Of a stretch of DNA of 64,000 nt, positions 19,486 to 28,785 are shown one piece after another. Each line of letters begins with the position of its first letter. The first letter of the stretch is position 1. The DNA is from Armatimonadota bacterium (lineage in GTDB: Bacteria > Armatimonadota > HRBIN16). The notes below the pieces were generated by a model. That model ran no database searches and had not been told where the DNA came from. It saw only the letters and a list, made by a program, of their open reading frames with translations. A program made the position numbers and the translations under genes. The stretch spans positions 320,001 through 384,000 of the forward strand of contig OY781964.1 in NCBI GenBank assembly GCA_963677485.1, given 5' to 3'.

Positions 19486-20280
19486 ATGATTTGTAACAGA
19501 TTAGCCGGTCAGGTGGCCATTGTCACCGGCGCGGCGCAAGGGCTTGGCGAAGCCATCGCCTACCGATTGGCAGCAGAAGGCTGTCTCGGCGTCACTATCG
19601 CCGATATGCAGCAAGATAAGGCGCAGATCGTGGCCGATAAACTGGTCGCCGATTATCCCAACTGTAAATCGCTGGCCGTCGCGGTCGATGTGACCAAACC
19701 AGAGCAGGTCGCTGAGATGGTCAAAGCCACCACCGATGCATTCGGTAAGCTGGACATCATGGTCTCCAACGCCGGCATCTTGATTGCTGGCGACATCCTT
19801 GATTTCGACCCGGCCAAGTGGGCCAAAGTGGTGGAAGTCAACCTGATGGGCTACATGCACTGCGCTCAAGCGGCGGCCAAAGTGATGGAGCCAAACAAGA
19901 GCGGTGTGATCATTCAGATCAACAGCAAGTCCGGGCTGAAGGGCTCCTTCCGAAGCAGCGCCTACGCGGCCAGCAAGTTCGGCGGCATCGGCCTGACCCA
20001 GTCCATCGCGATGGACCTGGCACCATACGGCATCCGCGTGCTCTCCATCTGCCCTGGCAACCTGCTGGACGGTACCCTTTGGAGCGAGAGCCTGTTTGTG
20101 CAGTATGCCGAGAAGTGGGGACTGACGGTGGACGAAGTGCGCAAGAAATACACCGACCAGGTTCCGCTGGGCCGCGGCTGCACCTACGAGGATGTCACCA
20201 ACATGGTGTCCTTCTTGGCCAGCGATGAAGCCAGCTACATGACCGGTGAGGCGATCCGCGTCGCCGGCGGGCAACTGTAG
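19486..20280 (+). CDS. srlD: sorbitol-6-phosphate 2-dehydrogenase (SDR)
   Basis: TGAAQGLG, QINSKSG, YAASKFGG, GNLL and VPLGRGC, characteristic of SrlD/GutD. Confidence 0.85.
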   Translation: MICNRLAGQVAIVTGAAQGLGEAIAYRLAAEGCLGVTIADMQQDKAQIVADKLVADYPNCKSLAVAVDVTKPEQVAEMVKATTDAFGKLDIMVSNAGILIAGDILDFDPAKWAKVVEVNLMGYMHCAQAAAKVMEPNKSGVIIQINSKSGLKGSFRSSAYAASKFGGIGLTQSIAMDLAPYGIRVLSICPGNLLDGTLWSESLFVQYAEKWGLTVDEVRKKYTDQVPLGRGCTYEDVTNMVSFLASDEASYMTGEAIRVAGGQL

Positions 20281-20294
20281 GGTTAGCGATTCAT

Positions 20295-20329
20295 ATGCCC
20301 GTTGCGGCTGATGCTGCAACGGGCATTTT
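20295..20329 (+). terminator. intrinsic terminator after srlD
   Basis: ATGCCCGTTGCGGC-TGAT-GCTGCAACGGGCAT stem followed by a short T run. Confidence 0.65.
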
Positions 20330-20411
20330 ACGTTTTAGGGGAATGGGACGGATGGGACGGATTGGGCGGATCGGACCAATTAAACACATCGGTCCAATCC
20401 GTCCGATGATC

Positions 20412-21656
20412 CTACCAGTTGGTCTCCGGAGTCGCCGGATCATCATCGGACGTTTGCAAATCGGCGTCCTCTTCGTAGTTCTGCACCACATCCTCGGCGA
20501 TCAGGTTGACCTCAGCATTATAAAGCCGCCGGAAGTCCCATGCGTTGATCCAGGAGCGGATATACCGCCTCATGCCGACGCTGGGCAGCACCTCGGGACG
20601 CTGCGAAAGCTCGGGAGCCTCCCACGAGTAGGCCTCGCTGTATAAAGCACGCACGCATCGGTAGATGTCATCCACCTGCTCGCCAGTATACGGTCGGATA
20701 GGGTTACCCATGCGCATGATCAGCTCCATACCCTTTTGAGCCAAAGGTACCACCGCGGCGTCACGGCTGACTGCCAGCTTGACAGGTATCTTCTCCAGGT
20801 CATTGCGCTTGACCAGTATCTGCCCCGCGTAGTCCGTGGTGATCGTCAGCACCGATCCCATACCGAATATCTGGCTGCCATATCCCAGTAAATGTGCCAG
20901 GTGGGCATATGCTTGAGCGCGCTGACGCAAGCTATACCGCGAGATGATCTCACCTTCATCCAGAAGAATCAACCAGCCTGAATACCCCGCAGAGCGGAAG
21001 AACCTGGAGAGGAACTCAAACCGCTGGAGCTCCTGGGCTTTCACCTGTGCGCGAACCCTAACACCCGGATGGCCCATATCACGCAGTGCATTGCGAATCT
21101 CGGCCACCTTCATCGGATAGCCGGTCCATTCGTTCACGATCTGCTGCCGAACCTCTTCGTCGGTAGTATTCACGAATATCTGCAGCGTCTGTGCATACCG
21201 TGGGTCAATCCCCTGGGTTATGTTCACCCACTCCTGCAGTTCGTCGAAGTATGGAGCACGGTCGCTGTGGTAGGTGTGGGCGATCTCGGTCAGAGCGGGG
21301 CCGACTTTACCGCTCACGATGGCGGATTCCACGCAGGTTCGATACACCTTCTTGAGGTCGTTAAGTGGAGTCTCCTTGTTCAGCACAATACTCGACACCA
21401 CGAACTTCCGTTCGAGGGCAGCATGGCGGAAATACTCCAGCCAGTGGGACTTGCCGGTGCCAAAATCGCCTTCCAGCAGCAGACCCTGAGGGAGCGTGCC
21501 CGTTTCCCATACACTTCCCAACCCAGCGAGCAACTGATCGAATGATTCCAAAAGGTCGCTTTGCAGCGGTGGCAACTGCCTGACCACATCACGGTTAGGC
21601 ACACCAGCACGCAACGCCTCGATGGCCCTGCGTTTTTCAATCAATGGGTCAGACAT
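20412..21656 (-). CDS. BrxD/DUF2791-like P-loop ATPase (intact Walker A and B)
   Basis: IEALRAGVP N-terminal signature, GDFGTGKSH Walker A, WLILLDEGE Walker B; ATG at 21656 after AAGGAG. Confidence 0.85.
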   Translation of the reverse strand: MSDPLIEKRRAIEALRAGVPNRDVVRQLPPLQSDLLESFDQLLAGLGSVWETGTLPQGLLLEGDFGTGKSHWLEYFRHAALERKFVVSSIVLNKETPLNDLKKVYRTCVESAIVSGKVGPALTEIAHTYHSDRAPYFDELQEWVNITQGIDPRYAQTLQIFVNTTDEEVRQQIVNEWTGYPMKVAEIRNALRDMGHPGVRVRAQVKAQELQRFEFLSRFFRSAGYSGWLILLDEGEIISRYSLRQRAQAYAHLAHLLGYGSQIFGMGSVLTITTDYAGQILVKRNDLEKIPVKLAVSRDAAVVPLAQKGMELIMRMGNPIRPYTGEQVDDIYRCVRALYSEAYSWEAPELSQRPEVLPSVGMRRYIRSWINAWDFRRLYNAEVNLIAEDVVQNYEEDADLQTSDDDPATPETNW

Positions 21657-21666
21657 GAGTATCTCC

Positions 21667-22620
21667 TTATCCAGCACTCTGCACCAAGCTCACCATGGCA
21701 TTCAACGGATTGTCGCGAGAGAGATCATGAACCTCGTTCACTAAGCGCATTTTCAACGCCGCGTAGATATCCATGCTCAGTTTTGGGTGGCTGATAAACT
21801 CCGGCCCTACCACAGCCACCAGCAGCATGTGTGATAGTTCATCGGTGTCGTCGATAAAAGCCCTCAGCATCTCATAACTGTCCAGCACCGAATTGCGTGT
21901 ATATCGCAAACCCGAGCCGAACTGGCTGTGATCCGTCAAAATGGCTTGCATGTCGAGTATCAACACTGTTCCCTTGTATCCCATGAAGAACTGCCAAGCA
22001 GAGAGCGATCGCAGAAGCAGGCGCGCGTTATGTCGTCCGATGCGCTGGAATATCTGCAGCCTCTTCAACTCAGTCAGGCTCACGGGCTCGCCCTGCAGCC
22101 ATTGGATGATGAGCTCCGATTCGGCCGCTGCCACGCTCTGTGAATCGACCGCGGCGTAACACAATAACGCCATTGCGGTACGAAACTCCCTGCACAGCTT
22201 GTAGTTGCGCAGCACCCAGTGCGTGATCAGGCGTTTTATCTCGTTCAGCAGGTCTGAACGCGACCGACCGTTCCACTCCGCGATGCCATCCACGTCGTCG
22301 AGGGCCTGGCCCACTTCAATGTGAATCCCGTGCGCTGCCAGCAGAATGCGCAGATAGCAGTCGATGTCACCGCGCCAGTCCACCTGACGAGCGATCGCGA
22401 AGAAAACCTCTTGCACCAGATGAGCCTTGGTGACAGCGGCATCGACTTGTGCGATGAATAACTGTCTGTCATGAGCTGCACTGGCGACGGCCGACTTCAC
22501 ATACTCCGCATCTTCAGCCGACACAACTGCCACCTTCACAGCGGCACCACCCTGCGGTATATACTCCGTGAGATACTCGCGGTCCAGATGCGTTAACCAC
22601 TCCGACACGCTGATACTCAT
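21667..22620 (-). CDS. BrxD/DUF2791-like protein with degenerate P-loop
   Basis: GGAAVKVAVV in place of Walker A; IIQWLQGE, ARLLLRSL, GYKGTVLILD, SYEMLRAFIDD and YAALKMRL match DUF2791 blocks; GGAGG RBS. Confidence 0.75.
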   Translation of the reverse strand: MSISVSEWLTHLDREYLTEYIPQGGAAVKVAVVSAEDAEYVKSAVASAAHDRQLFIAQVDAAVTKAHLVQEVFFAIARQVDWRGDIDCYLRILLAAHGIHIEVGQALDDVDGIAEWNGRSRSDLLNEIKRLITHWVLRNYKLCREFRTAMALLCYAAVDSQSVAAAESELIIQWLQGEPVSLTELKRLQIFQRIGRHNARLLLRSLSAWQFFMGYKGTVLILDMQAILTDHSQFGSGLRYTRNSVLDSYEMLRAFIDDTDELSHMLLVAVVGPEFISHPKLSMDIYAALKMRLVNEVHDLSRDNPLNAMVSLVQSAG

Positions 22621-22631
22621 ACCAGGCCTCC

Positions 22632-23417
22632 TTATCGTTTAGCCGGTGTGAACTTGATGGCCACATACTCTTTTTCGAGTCCATCTCGGGTTACGAAGAG
22701 CAGTTTTTTCACTCCACGCTCACGTGACGAGCTGCTGGCGGGCAGGCTCATGTGGAACCCATCTTTAGTGAGGGTCTTCTCAGCCTGCTCTAGGAAATAG
22801 ATATCACGCGTAAAGTCCAGCAGGGCGTAGTCCTTGTTTGCTCCCGGTAGAAGGGTCAGCACTTCGTAGATTTTGATCAAAGGTAGGTCGATGTATTCGT
22901 CCCTCACCTTGCCTGGCATCGCCCGCAACAGTTTATAAGCATCGAAAAGCGTCTCGATGAAGCGGTCAGGGTTGGTTTTCGGGTCCTTAGCTTGCAACTT
23001 CTTTAACTGGGCCGCTAATACTTCAGCACGGATACCATAGTCCAACCGTTTGTCGATACGTACCGCGGGCATCTCCGGCTCGCGGCGGATCAACACAGGA
23101 TAGCAGAAGATGATACCGTCACGCTCATACATCGTGACCCCAGCCGCCTCCGCGGCAGCCTTCAGCTCAGGTATGAAATCGCCATTTGGCTGCATGTAGC
23201 TTGAAGCATCAAACGTGAACTCAGGACACTCTTCGGCGCGTAGCTGGAGGCACTCGGTGGCGGTAACCGCCGCTTGACGCAGCTTTTCGATGTCGCGCAG
23301 ATTGCCGATGGCCACCGCTGTCTGCAATTTATGTAATGCCGCGGTGGCCTTCTTGGCTTGATCGAGCCATCCCGATAACTGCTTTCCGTATTCGTCCAAC
23401 TGTTGACTTAACGTCAT
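22632..23417 (-). CDS. hypothetical protein (helical N-terminus, possible winged-helix C-terminus), first gene of the ATPase cassette
   Basis: 261 aa with a GGGAG RBS; 11 bp from the next gene. Confidence 0.8.
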   Translation of the reverse strand: MTLSQQLDEYGKQLSGWLDQAKKATAALHKLQTAVAIGNLRDIEKLRQAAVTATECLQLRAEECPEFTFDASSYMQPNGDFIPELKAAAEAAGVTMYERDGIIFCYPVLIRREPEMPAVRIDKRLDYGIRAEVLAAQLKKLQAKDPKTNPDRFIETLFDAYKLLRAMPGKVRDEYIDLPLIKIYEVLTLLPGANKDYALLDFTRDIYFLEQAEKTLTKDGFHMSLPASSSSRERGVKKLLFVTRDGLEKEYVAIKFTPAKR

Positions 23418-23573
23418 TTGGTTCTCCCGTCGTGTTATATTTCAGGCAACAAGCGTTCTCATGCCAGTGCCATATGTTACTTATGATCCGTTAATATCTT
23501 AGCTGATTTGTGCTCCAACGTCTACGGAAGGGAATCGGACGGATGCGACGGATCGGACCGATGACCCATTTGC

Positions 23574-23627
23574 CGTATCAGCTCCTGCATCACCAGACCG
23601 TTGGCGGTGAGCTGCTTGCGGTTGCGG
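23574..23627 (-). pseudogene. 54-bp relic copy of the 3' end of the neighbouring glycoside hydrolase gene
   Basis: Matches 23951-24004; encodes RNRKQLTANGLVMQELIR versus RNRKELTANGLVMQELIR. Confidence 0.55.
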
Positions 23628-23684
23628 GATGATTGACACAGTCCATTCTCCATACATATCTGCAGAGTCAGTACATCGTCGATT

Positions 23685-23828
23685 CCGCGACATAAATGTC
23701 TCGGCTATTGGTCATCAAGCCTGCTGAAGCAGTCTGGGTGCAGCATCAGACGCACACTTACAGGGCGAAGCCCTGCAGCCTGCTTCAGCAGGCTTGGCCG
23801 GTCAATAGCCATGTGCTTTAGCACGTGG
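23685..23828. repeat. inverted pair of REP-like elements (AATAGCCGAGACATTTATGTCGCGG family)
   Basis: Arms 23685-23735 and 23778-23828 in opposite orientation, each with an internal palindrome such as AGCCTGCTTCAGCAGGCT. Confidence 0.75.
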
Positions 23829-23931
23829 TATGGCTGACTGTGCTAACTCCACTGCACCGCGCGGCTGATTAATAGCGGCCGGATTTGACGGATCGGACCA
23901 ATCGCGCTTAATGCGATATCGCCACCCCACC

Positions 23932-24870
23932 CTACCGCATGCCAGAACCTCGTATCAGCTCCTGCATCACCAGCCCGTTGGCGGTCAACTCCTTGCGGTT
24001 GCGGAACAGCCCGTAATCTACACCCTCGGCGGTGATGGCGTAGTGAACGCAGAAGCACTTCACGCGCGCTGCGATCAGCGCCAGGGAGGCCTGCTTCAGC
24101 AGCCTGCTGTCGGCATTACGGATCGCACCATACTCCGTCACCACCACATCACGACCCTCCAGCCCATACCGATTCATGGTCTGCCGCAACTGCTTTATGG
24201 CCAGCGGGATCTGCTCAGGCGGATTGTACGGGTGATACCCCACTCCATCCAGCCAACGCCGACTGGCACACACCTCCAGCGCCTTCGGGAACCAGTAGAG
24301 CGCGCTGTAGCTCTTCATCTCATCCTCATGCCACTCAGCGGCCAGACCACCGCTGATCACCGGTATGTTCGGGCTCTCCGCTTTCAACATCTGGATGGCG
24401 GGGTCGAGAATCCGCCGACCGAACTCCGCGGCTCTGACGGTCCATGGATCGATGTTGTCCATCCAAAAGTCGTAAGTGTCAGGCTCGTTCCATATCTCCC
24501 ATGCTGCGATTTCCGCCAGGTGGCCATAACGTCTGGCCACCTGACGAAGGTATTCGCTCCACAGCTCTGGTTTGTCAGGCGCCATTTTACTGCTGTGACG
24601 GGAGTTGCTCCAGGCAGGTGACCCATACAAGCAGACGATCAGTCGGTGCCTATCCTGCTTAGCTGTGTTGACGGCTGCATCCGGCTCCGACCAGTCATAC
24701 CGGCCTGGCTGAGATTCGATCACCGACCAATGCCACATGTCACGGACGGCAATCTGCCGTCCCGCAGCCATCTGTTGCATCAGCGGAGCGTTGTCCACGT
24801 AGGCGTTCTGCCCATCACCATAGTTATGGCTCTGGGCATGAATGCCTATCAATGGCAGGTTGAGCCTCAT
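23932..24870 (-). CDS. clan GH-A glycoside hydrolase (GH5/GH39-like)
   Basis: WSVIESQPGRYDW, WEIWNEPD acid/base, YHPY and VTEYG nucleophile motifs. Confidence 0.8.
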   Translation of the reverse strand: MRLNLPLIGIHAQSHNYGDGQNAYVDNAPLMQQMAAGRQIAVRDMWHWSVIESQPGRYDWSEPDAAVNTAKQDRHRLIVCLYGSPAWSNSRHSSKMAPDKPELWSEYLRQVARRYGHLAEIAAWEIWNEPDTYDFWMDNIDPWTVRAAEFGRRILDPAIQMLKAESPNIPVISGGLAAEWHEDEMKSYSALYWFPKALEVCASRRWLDGVGYHPYNPPEQIPLAIKQLRQTMNRYGLEGRDVVVTEYGAIRNADSRLLKQASLALIAARVKCFCVHYAITAEGVDYGLFRNRKELTANGLVMQELIRGSGMR

Positions 24871-26918
24871 TTAGAGGAAGCGGGAACAATCAAGACAGCC
24901 GGAAGGGCCCAGCAGAACCAGTCTGCACCAAGGTTTTGCCGTGCGTTCACGCCAAGACCAAGTTTGATCGTCTGACCAGCGTAGGCACTGAGATCAAAGC
25001 TGCGTTCCTGCCAGCCTCGCGTCGTCTGGGTACCCTTGGCGATCTGCTTGCCGTTGACCATCACAGACCAGTCCACACCATCAAGGCTGTCATTGGTGAA
25101 GCCAGTGGATGCCGTGAACACCAGTTTCTGCATCTTGGTGACTTTCGGCAGCTTCACCTCCATCGTGCCGTAACCGGTGCCCTCTTTCGGCGGATGGCTG
25201 TAGATGGCGCTCATGTGCGTCACGCCATCGGACACAAGCTCTTTGCGCCACTCCAGCCCGGGCTGCAGATTATCCAGCTTCGCGGTGTCGATCAGCAGAC
25301 TGAGATCCGTTACCAGGTTCTTACCCGCGAAAGCCGGTTTTGGCTTAGATCGGTCGATGTTCTTGGAGGGCAGAAGCTGCTGCCAGCTCTTGGCACCCAG
25401 CACCGGCAGCAGATACGCCAGCTTCTGGTCAGCCTCAGGAGTGCCAGACAGCCGGAACGCCTCCCAACTGGGCAGTTTACGACCGAGTTTACCCGTGCTG
25501 GGATTATCAACGTCAGGGAAGTCCCACACGCCCAGCCTCAAGCCGAACTCATCGCGCGCAGACACATGCCGGTGCAGATTGAACGCTACGATGCCGTTGA
25601 TGTGTGCCACCCGATAATACGCAGCCGCATAGGCCGCGGCCTGAAGCTGCTCACCCTCAGGCGTCGGGTCTGCGTTGAAGCCTTGCTCCGTCAATGCGAT
25701 TCGTCTCAGTTTGCCGTTGTATAAGAAACGCGGCTGCGACAGGAAGTCGGGAAGCACCTCCAGGTTCCTGAAGGTAATCTTGGGCGTATCATACCGAAGC
25801 AGTGCCTGATCGTCCTTCAGAAAGTTCGGCTTGAATAGGTCCTGCGGATAGGGATGGAAAGCCACGTCCCACGGGAAGTTGCCCTCCGCGTTCGAACGCT
25901 TCGCCAGACCTTCCAGCACCACATCGCCCTGCATGTCCACAGGTGCCGTCCAGTGATGCTCCATGCTGATGAACGCACGCAGGTCAGGATGCGTGTCGCG
26001 CAGCACCAAGTCGGTCACACGCACCGCCTTCATGTACTCGTCCAGGAAATGCTGGTCGGAGGGTCGGCCCATGTTATACCACGACCAGTGCGCCTGCACC
26101 TCGTTGCCCACGATGTAGCTGCTCACCCAGCCGTATTTACAGTCTGGACGGCTATACCGCTCCGCGAAGAATCCAATCACGGCGCGGTAGGCCTTCAGAC
26201 CGCGGTCGTTGGTGAGGTTGAACGCGCCCAGATGCATCGGCGCATTCGCCAGATCGGTCTCCGGGTGTATAAACGGGTTGCCGGGGTCGGGCTTATTAGG
26301 AATTGGGTTGTTGATCACCGCAAAGATATTGATACCCGCATCGGTCAGCTCTTTGAACTGCTGGTCAAACCCGCGGAATGTGTCCATATTGATGCTGTAG
26401 CGCTCACCATCGACCTCAATCACCGGCTCGCCGGGCTTCGCATCTTCCGGTGGTTTCAGCACGCCGATGAGGTTAATGTTGGTGGTGATGTGCTTCACAC
26501 CCAGCGTCACCAAATCATCGATCATCCATGGGCAACTCATGCCCTTTCTGGAGGCTGGCCAAGGCAACCGAAAGCCGCGGCTGTTCTCTGTGAATTCGGT
26601 GACATACCGCATTGCTGATGCCTTACCCGTTTTAGCATCCACCAGCCGGAATCGCCGATACAGCAGGTCTTCATCACGCTGCACACGCGGAAAACCAAGC
26701 TTCTGCTGGCCGGTTAGCTTGCCGTTCCAAACGGTCACGCCAGCGGAGTTCTGCCAGGGCTTCAACGCCTCCAGGCGATATAAACCGGGTTTATCCGTCT
26801 TCGCCGTGATGGTGATTACAGATTTACTGGCCTCAGACTTGACGATCACAGCAGCATCTGCCAATCCTGTCAGACTCGCACATAGAACGGCCGCCATGGC
26901 CGCAGTTCGCAAATTCAT
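24867..26918 (-). CDS. secreted DUF5722-like glycoside hydrolase
   Basis: Signal peptide; IVGNEV, AFHPYP, ITFRNLEVL and LTEQGF motifs; C-terminal beta-sandwich-like domain. Confidence 0.8.
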   Translation of the reverse strand: MNLRTAAMAAVLCASLTGLADAAVIVKSEASKSVITITAKTDKPGLYRLEALKPWQNSAGVTVWNGKLTGQQKLGFPRVQRDEDLLYRRFRLVDAKTGKASAMRYVTEFTENSRGFRLPWPASRKGMSCPWMIDDLVTLGVKHITTNINLIGVLKPPEDAKPGEPVIEVDGERYSINMDTFRGFDQQFKELTDAGINIFAVINNPIPNKPDPGNPFIHPETDLANAPMHLGAFNLTNDRGLKAYRAVIGFFAERYSRPDCKYGWVSSYIVGNEVQAHWSWYNMGRPSDQHFLDEYMKAVRVTDLVLRDTHPDLRAFISMEHHWTAPVDMQGDVVLEGLAKRSNAEGNFPWDVAFHPYPQDLFKPNFLKDDQALLRYDTPKITFRNLEVLPDFLSQPRFLYNGKLRRIALTEQGFNADPTPEGEQLQAAAYAAAYYRVAHINGIVAFNLHRHVSARDEFGLRLGVWDFPDVDNPSTGKLGRKLPSWEAFRLSGTPEADQKLAYLLPVLGAKSWQQLLPSKNIDRSKPKPAFAGKNLVTDLSLLIDTAKLDNLQPGLEWRKELVSDGVTHMSAIYSHPPKEGTGYGTMEVKLPKVTKMQKLVFTASTGFTNDSLDGVDWSVMVNGKQIAKGTQTTRGWQERSFDLSAYAGQTIKLGLGVNARQNLGADWFCWALPAVLIVPASSK

Positions 26919-26964
26919 CTGGTTCTCCCTGTGTTGAATAATACATAAGTGGTACGTCCCCTCA

Positions 26965-28593
26965 TCAAGCGGGTGTTCCTGTGAGAATCAGCACCCAGTC
27001 CTGCAGAACGGGCATCAGCTTCCAGTCGCCCTTCCCGTATGAAAGCGACCATGTGCCCTGCTCATCAGGCTCCACAGCTCCCGATGCAAACACCGAACCA
27101 TCCACCGGGCTGACGAGTCGCCATTGGTAGTTGATGCCAGCTTCCAACTGCTTAATGGTCACGCTGGATGCCCACACCGGAGGCGTGTAGATCACCCTCA
27201 GCCGCTCATGAATGCCCGCGCAGACCGGAGCGAAATAGGACTCGATGCGGTCACTGACAGAGATGTGTGGTTCGCACCATTCAGGATGCGGCGCCATATT
27301 CCACCACTCTACGCCCTCAAGGATCCGCTTGCCCAGCGCCACATGCGTGGAGCCTGGCAACTGGTAGGCGTCTTCCCACGGAGTGTCGCCGTACGATATC
27401 CCATGCGGTGAGGGCCCGTATGGCTGCTGCCGTGTGTTCAGTTGCCACAGACCGTTAGCGCCATAGGTGTGCCCCGCCGCACCGCTGAGTATGCAGTCCC
27501 AGAACATATAACGCTGCACCTCTTGACGCGAGGCCTCGCCGATGCCCTCATAACTCACTTCGGAGTTGATCACGGGCATCACAGGCGTGGATTCATACGA
27601 CCCACGCACTTGATCTACCGTGTTCTTGAGGCTAAGCCAGTTCGCATGGCCTGTCTGAAGCATCTCCATGTCCAGCAGACTTGCGTCTTCCAACTGGTTC
27701 CGGCCGTTGTCGGTCGGATGAATAGTGATGATGTTCCCAAACGGGTCGGTCTGCTTCACGTAACGGGCGATCTCCGTCCAGCCCTGTTTGAGGAATTTGG
27801 CATCTTCCACCTTGTTTTCGGACAGGTAGAACGGCATCGTCGCTTCACCGGCGAGGCACCAGACCACCGGATAGGCTCCCCAGCGCGCGATGAGGTTACG
27901 CCAGTGGGCTTTCATGAACTCCAGACCGGTCAAACTTAGGTAATATCCCCAGCAGCCGACGATACACGGCACGATCCCCAGATCCACCAGGCATTGAATC
28001 CGCTGGTCGGCATATTCGTAGTAATCGGGATTGATGGCATCATAGCTTTCTGTCCATGGGAAGCCCGCTTCGTTGGCTCCACGGGCATCGAACGCCGGCA
28101 TATCCGGGTAGAGGCCAGCCACGATCTGCACCACATTGAAGCCCTTTTTCACGCGGTCAAGAGCCAGGGTTTGGAATCCGATCGGCCAGTCCAGCCGTTT
28201 GCACAGGCCCATCCACCAGGTATCTGCCATCCAGAAGAACGGTGTACCGTCCTCGTGGGTCAGGTAGCGCCTGCCAGCCTCCGTGCCGATGCGCCCGTGC
28301 TGCTTGATCGAGTGATCCCACTGGTGCTCGACGACCTCAAACCCGCCGCCGAACTCATCCATGTCATCGCCATCATACTGATTGCAGACGCAGCGATAAA
28401 AATAGATGCCGGGAACCGAGCTGCTGTAGCGAACTCCCCAAGACCGTCCACCTGCCCAGAAGGCTGGCACGATCTGATGACCCTTCGGTCCGCTGATCAC
28501 TAAGTCTATCTGAACGGCGCTCAGCGGCACACTAAACTCTTGAGAAAGGGTAAACCGCCGTTCCCATACCTCGTTACGTCTGATGGTCTCCAT
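26965..28593 (-). CDS. DUF4038 (apiosidase-like) glycoside hydrolase with DUF5060-like N-terminus
   Basis: DGTPFFWMADTWW, WCLAGE, TIHP, QTGH and GHTYGANGLW motifs. Confidence 0.85.
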   Translation of the reverse strand: METIRRNEVWERRFTLSQEFSVPLSAVQIDLVISGPKGHQIVPAFWAGGRSWGVRYSSSVPGIYFYRCVCNQYDGDDMDEFGGGFEVVEHQWDHSIKQHGRIGTEAGRRYLTHEDGTPFFWMADTWWMGLCKRLDWPIGFQTLALDRVKKGFNVVQIVAGLYPDMPAFDARGANEAGFPWTESYDAINPDYYEYADQRIQCLVDLGIVPCIVGCWGYYLSLTGLEFMKAHWRNLIARWGAYPVVWCLAGEATMPFYLSENKVEDAKFLKQGWTEIARYVKQTDPFGNIITIHPTDNGRNQLEDASLLDMEMLQTGHANWLSLKNTVDQVRGSYESTPVMPVINSEVSYEGIGEASRQEVQRYMFWDCILSGAAGHTYGANGLWQLNTRQQPYGPSPHGISYGDTPWEDAYQLPGSTHVALGKRILEGVEWWNMAPHPEWCEPHISVSDRIESYFAPVCAGIHERLRVIYTPPVWASSVTIKQLEAGINYQWRLVSPVDGSVFASGAVEPDEQGTWSLSYGKGDWKLMPVLQDWVLILTGTPA

Positions 28594-28661
28594 GTTCGCA
28601 CCTCATCTCTCGATCTCGTTGTAGTGGTAGCTGTCACGCAAGGCGGTGTGGCGCCTGAACG

Positions 28662-28760
28662 AAGGGCGGTTCGCGAACCGCACCCTACCGACCCCTGGGC
28701 ACGCCAATCTCCCGATTGACATCTCCCTATCTGCGTCCATTCGCGTCCATCTGCGGTTCA
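28662..28760. repeat. REP-like cluster
   Basis: AAGGGCGGTTCGCGAACCGCACCCTAC (near copy at ~38945), CTGGGCACGCCAATCTCCCGATTG (near copy at ~468) and ATCTGCGTCCATTCGCGTCCATCTGCGGTT. Confidence 0.65.
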
Positions 28761-28785
28761 AAAGCCTCCGGGCACGCTTCTGTCA

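Noticed and set aside
18419-20319. Long antisense ORFs (18419..19381, 19501..20319; also 8591..9424, 31760..32860, 57277..58254)
   Set aside because: Shadow frames of well-supported genes in GC-rich DNA, with no motifs of their own.
20412-23417. Complete BREX or Shango system
   Set aside because: No pglZ, pglX, brxC, brxHI/Lhr helicase or TerB-like gene in the window.
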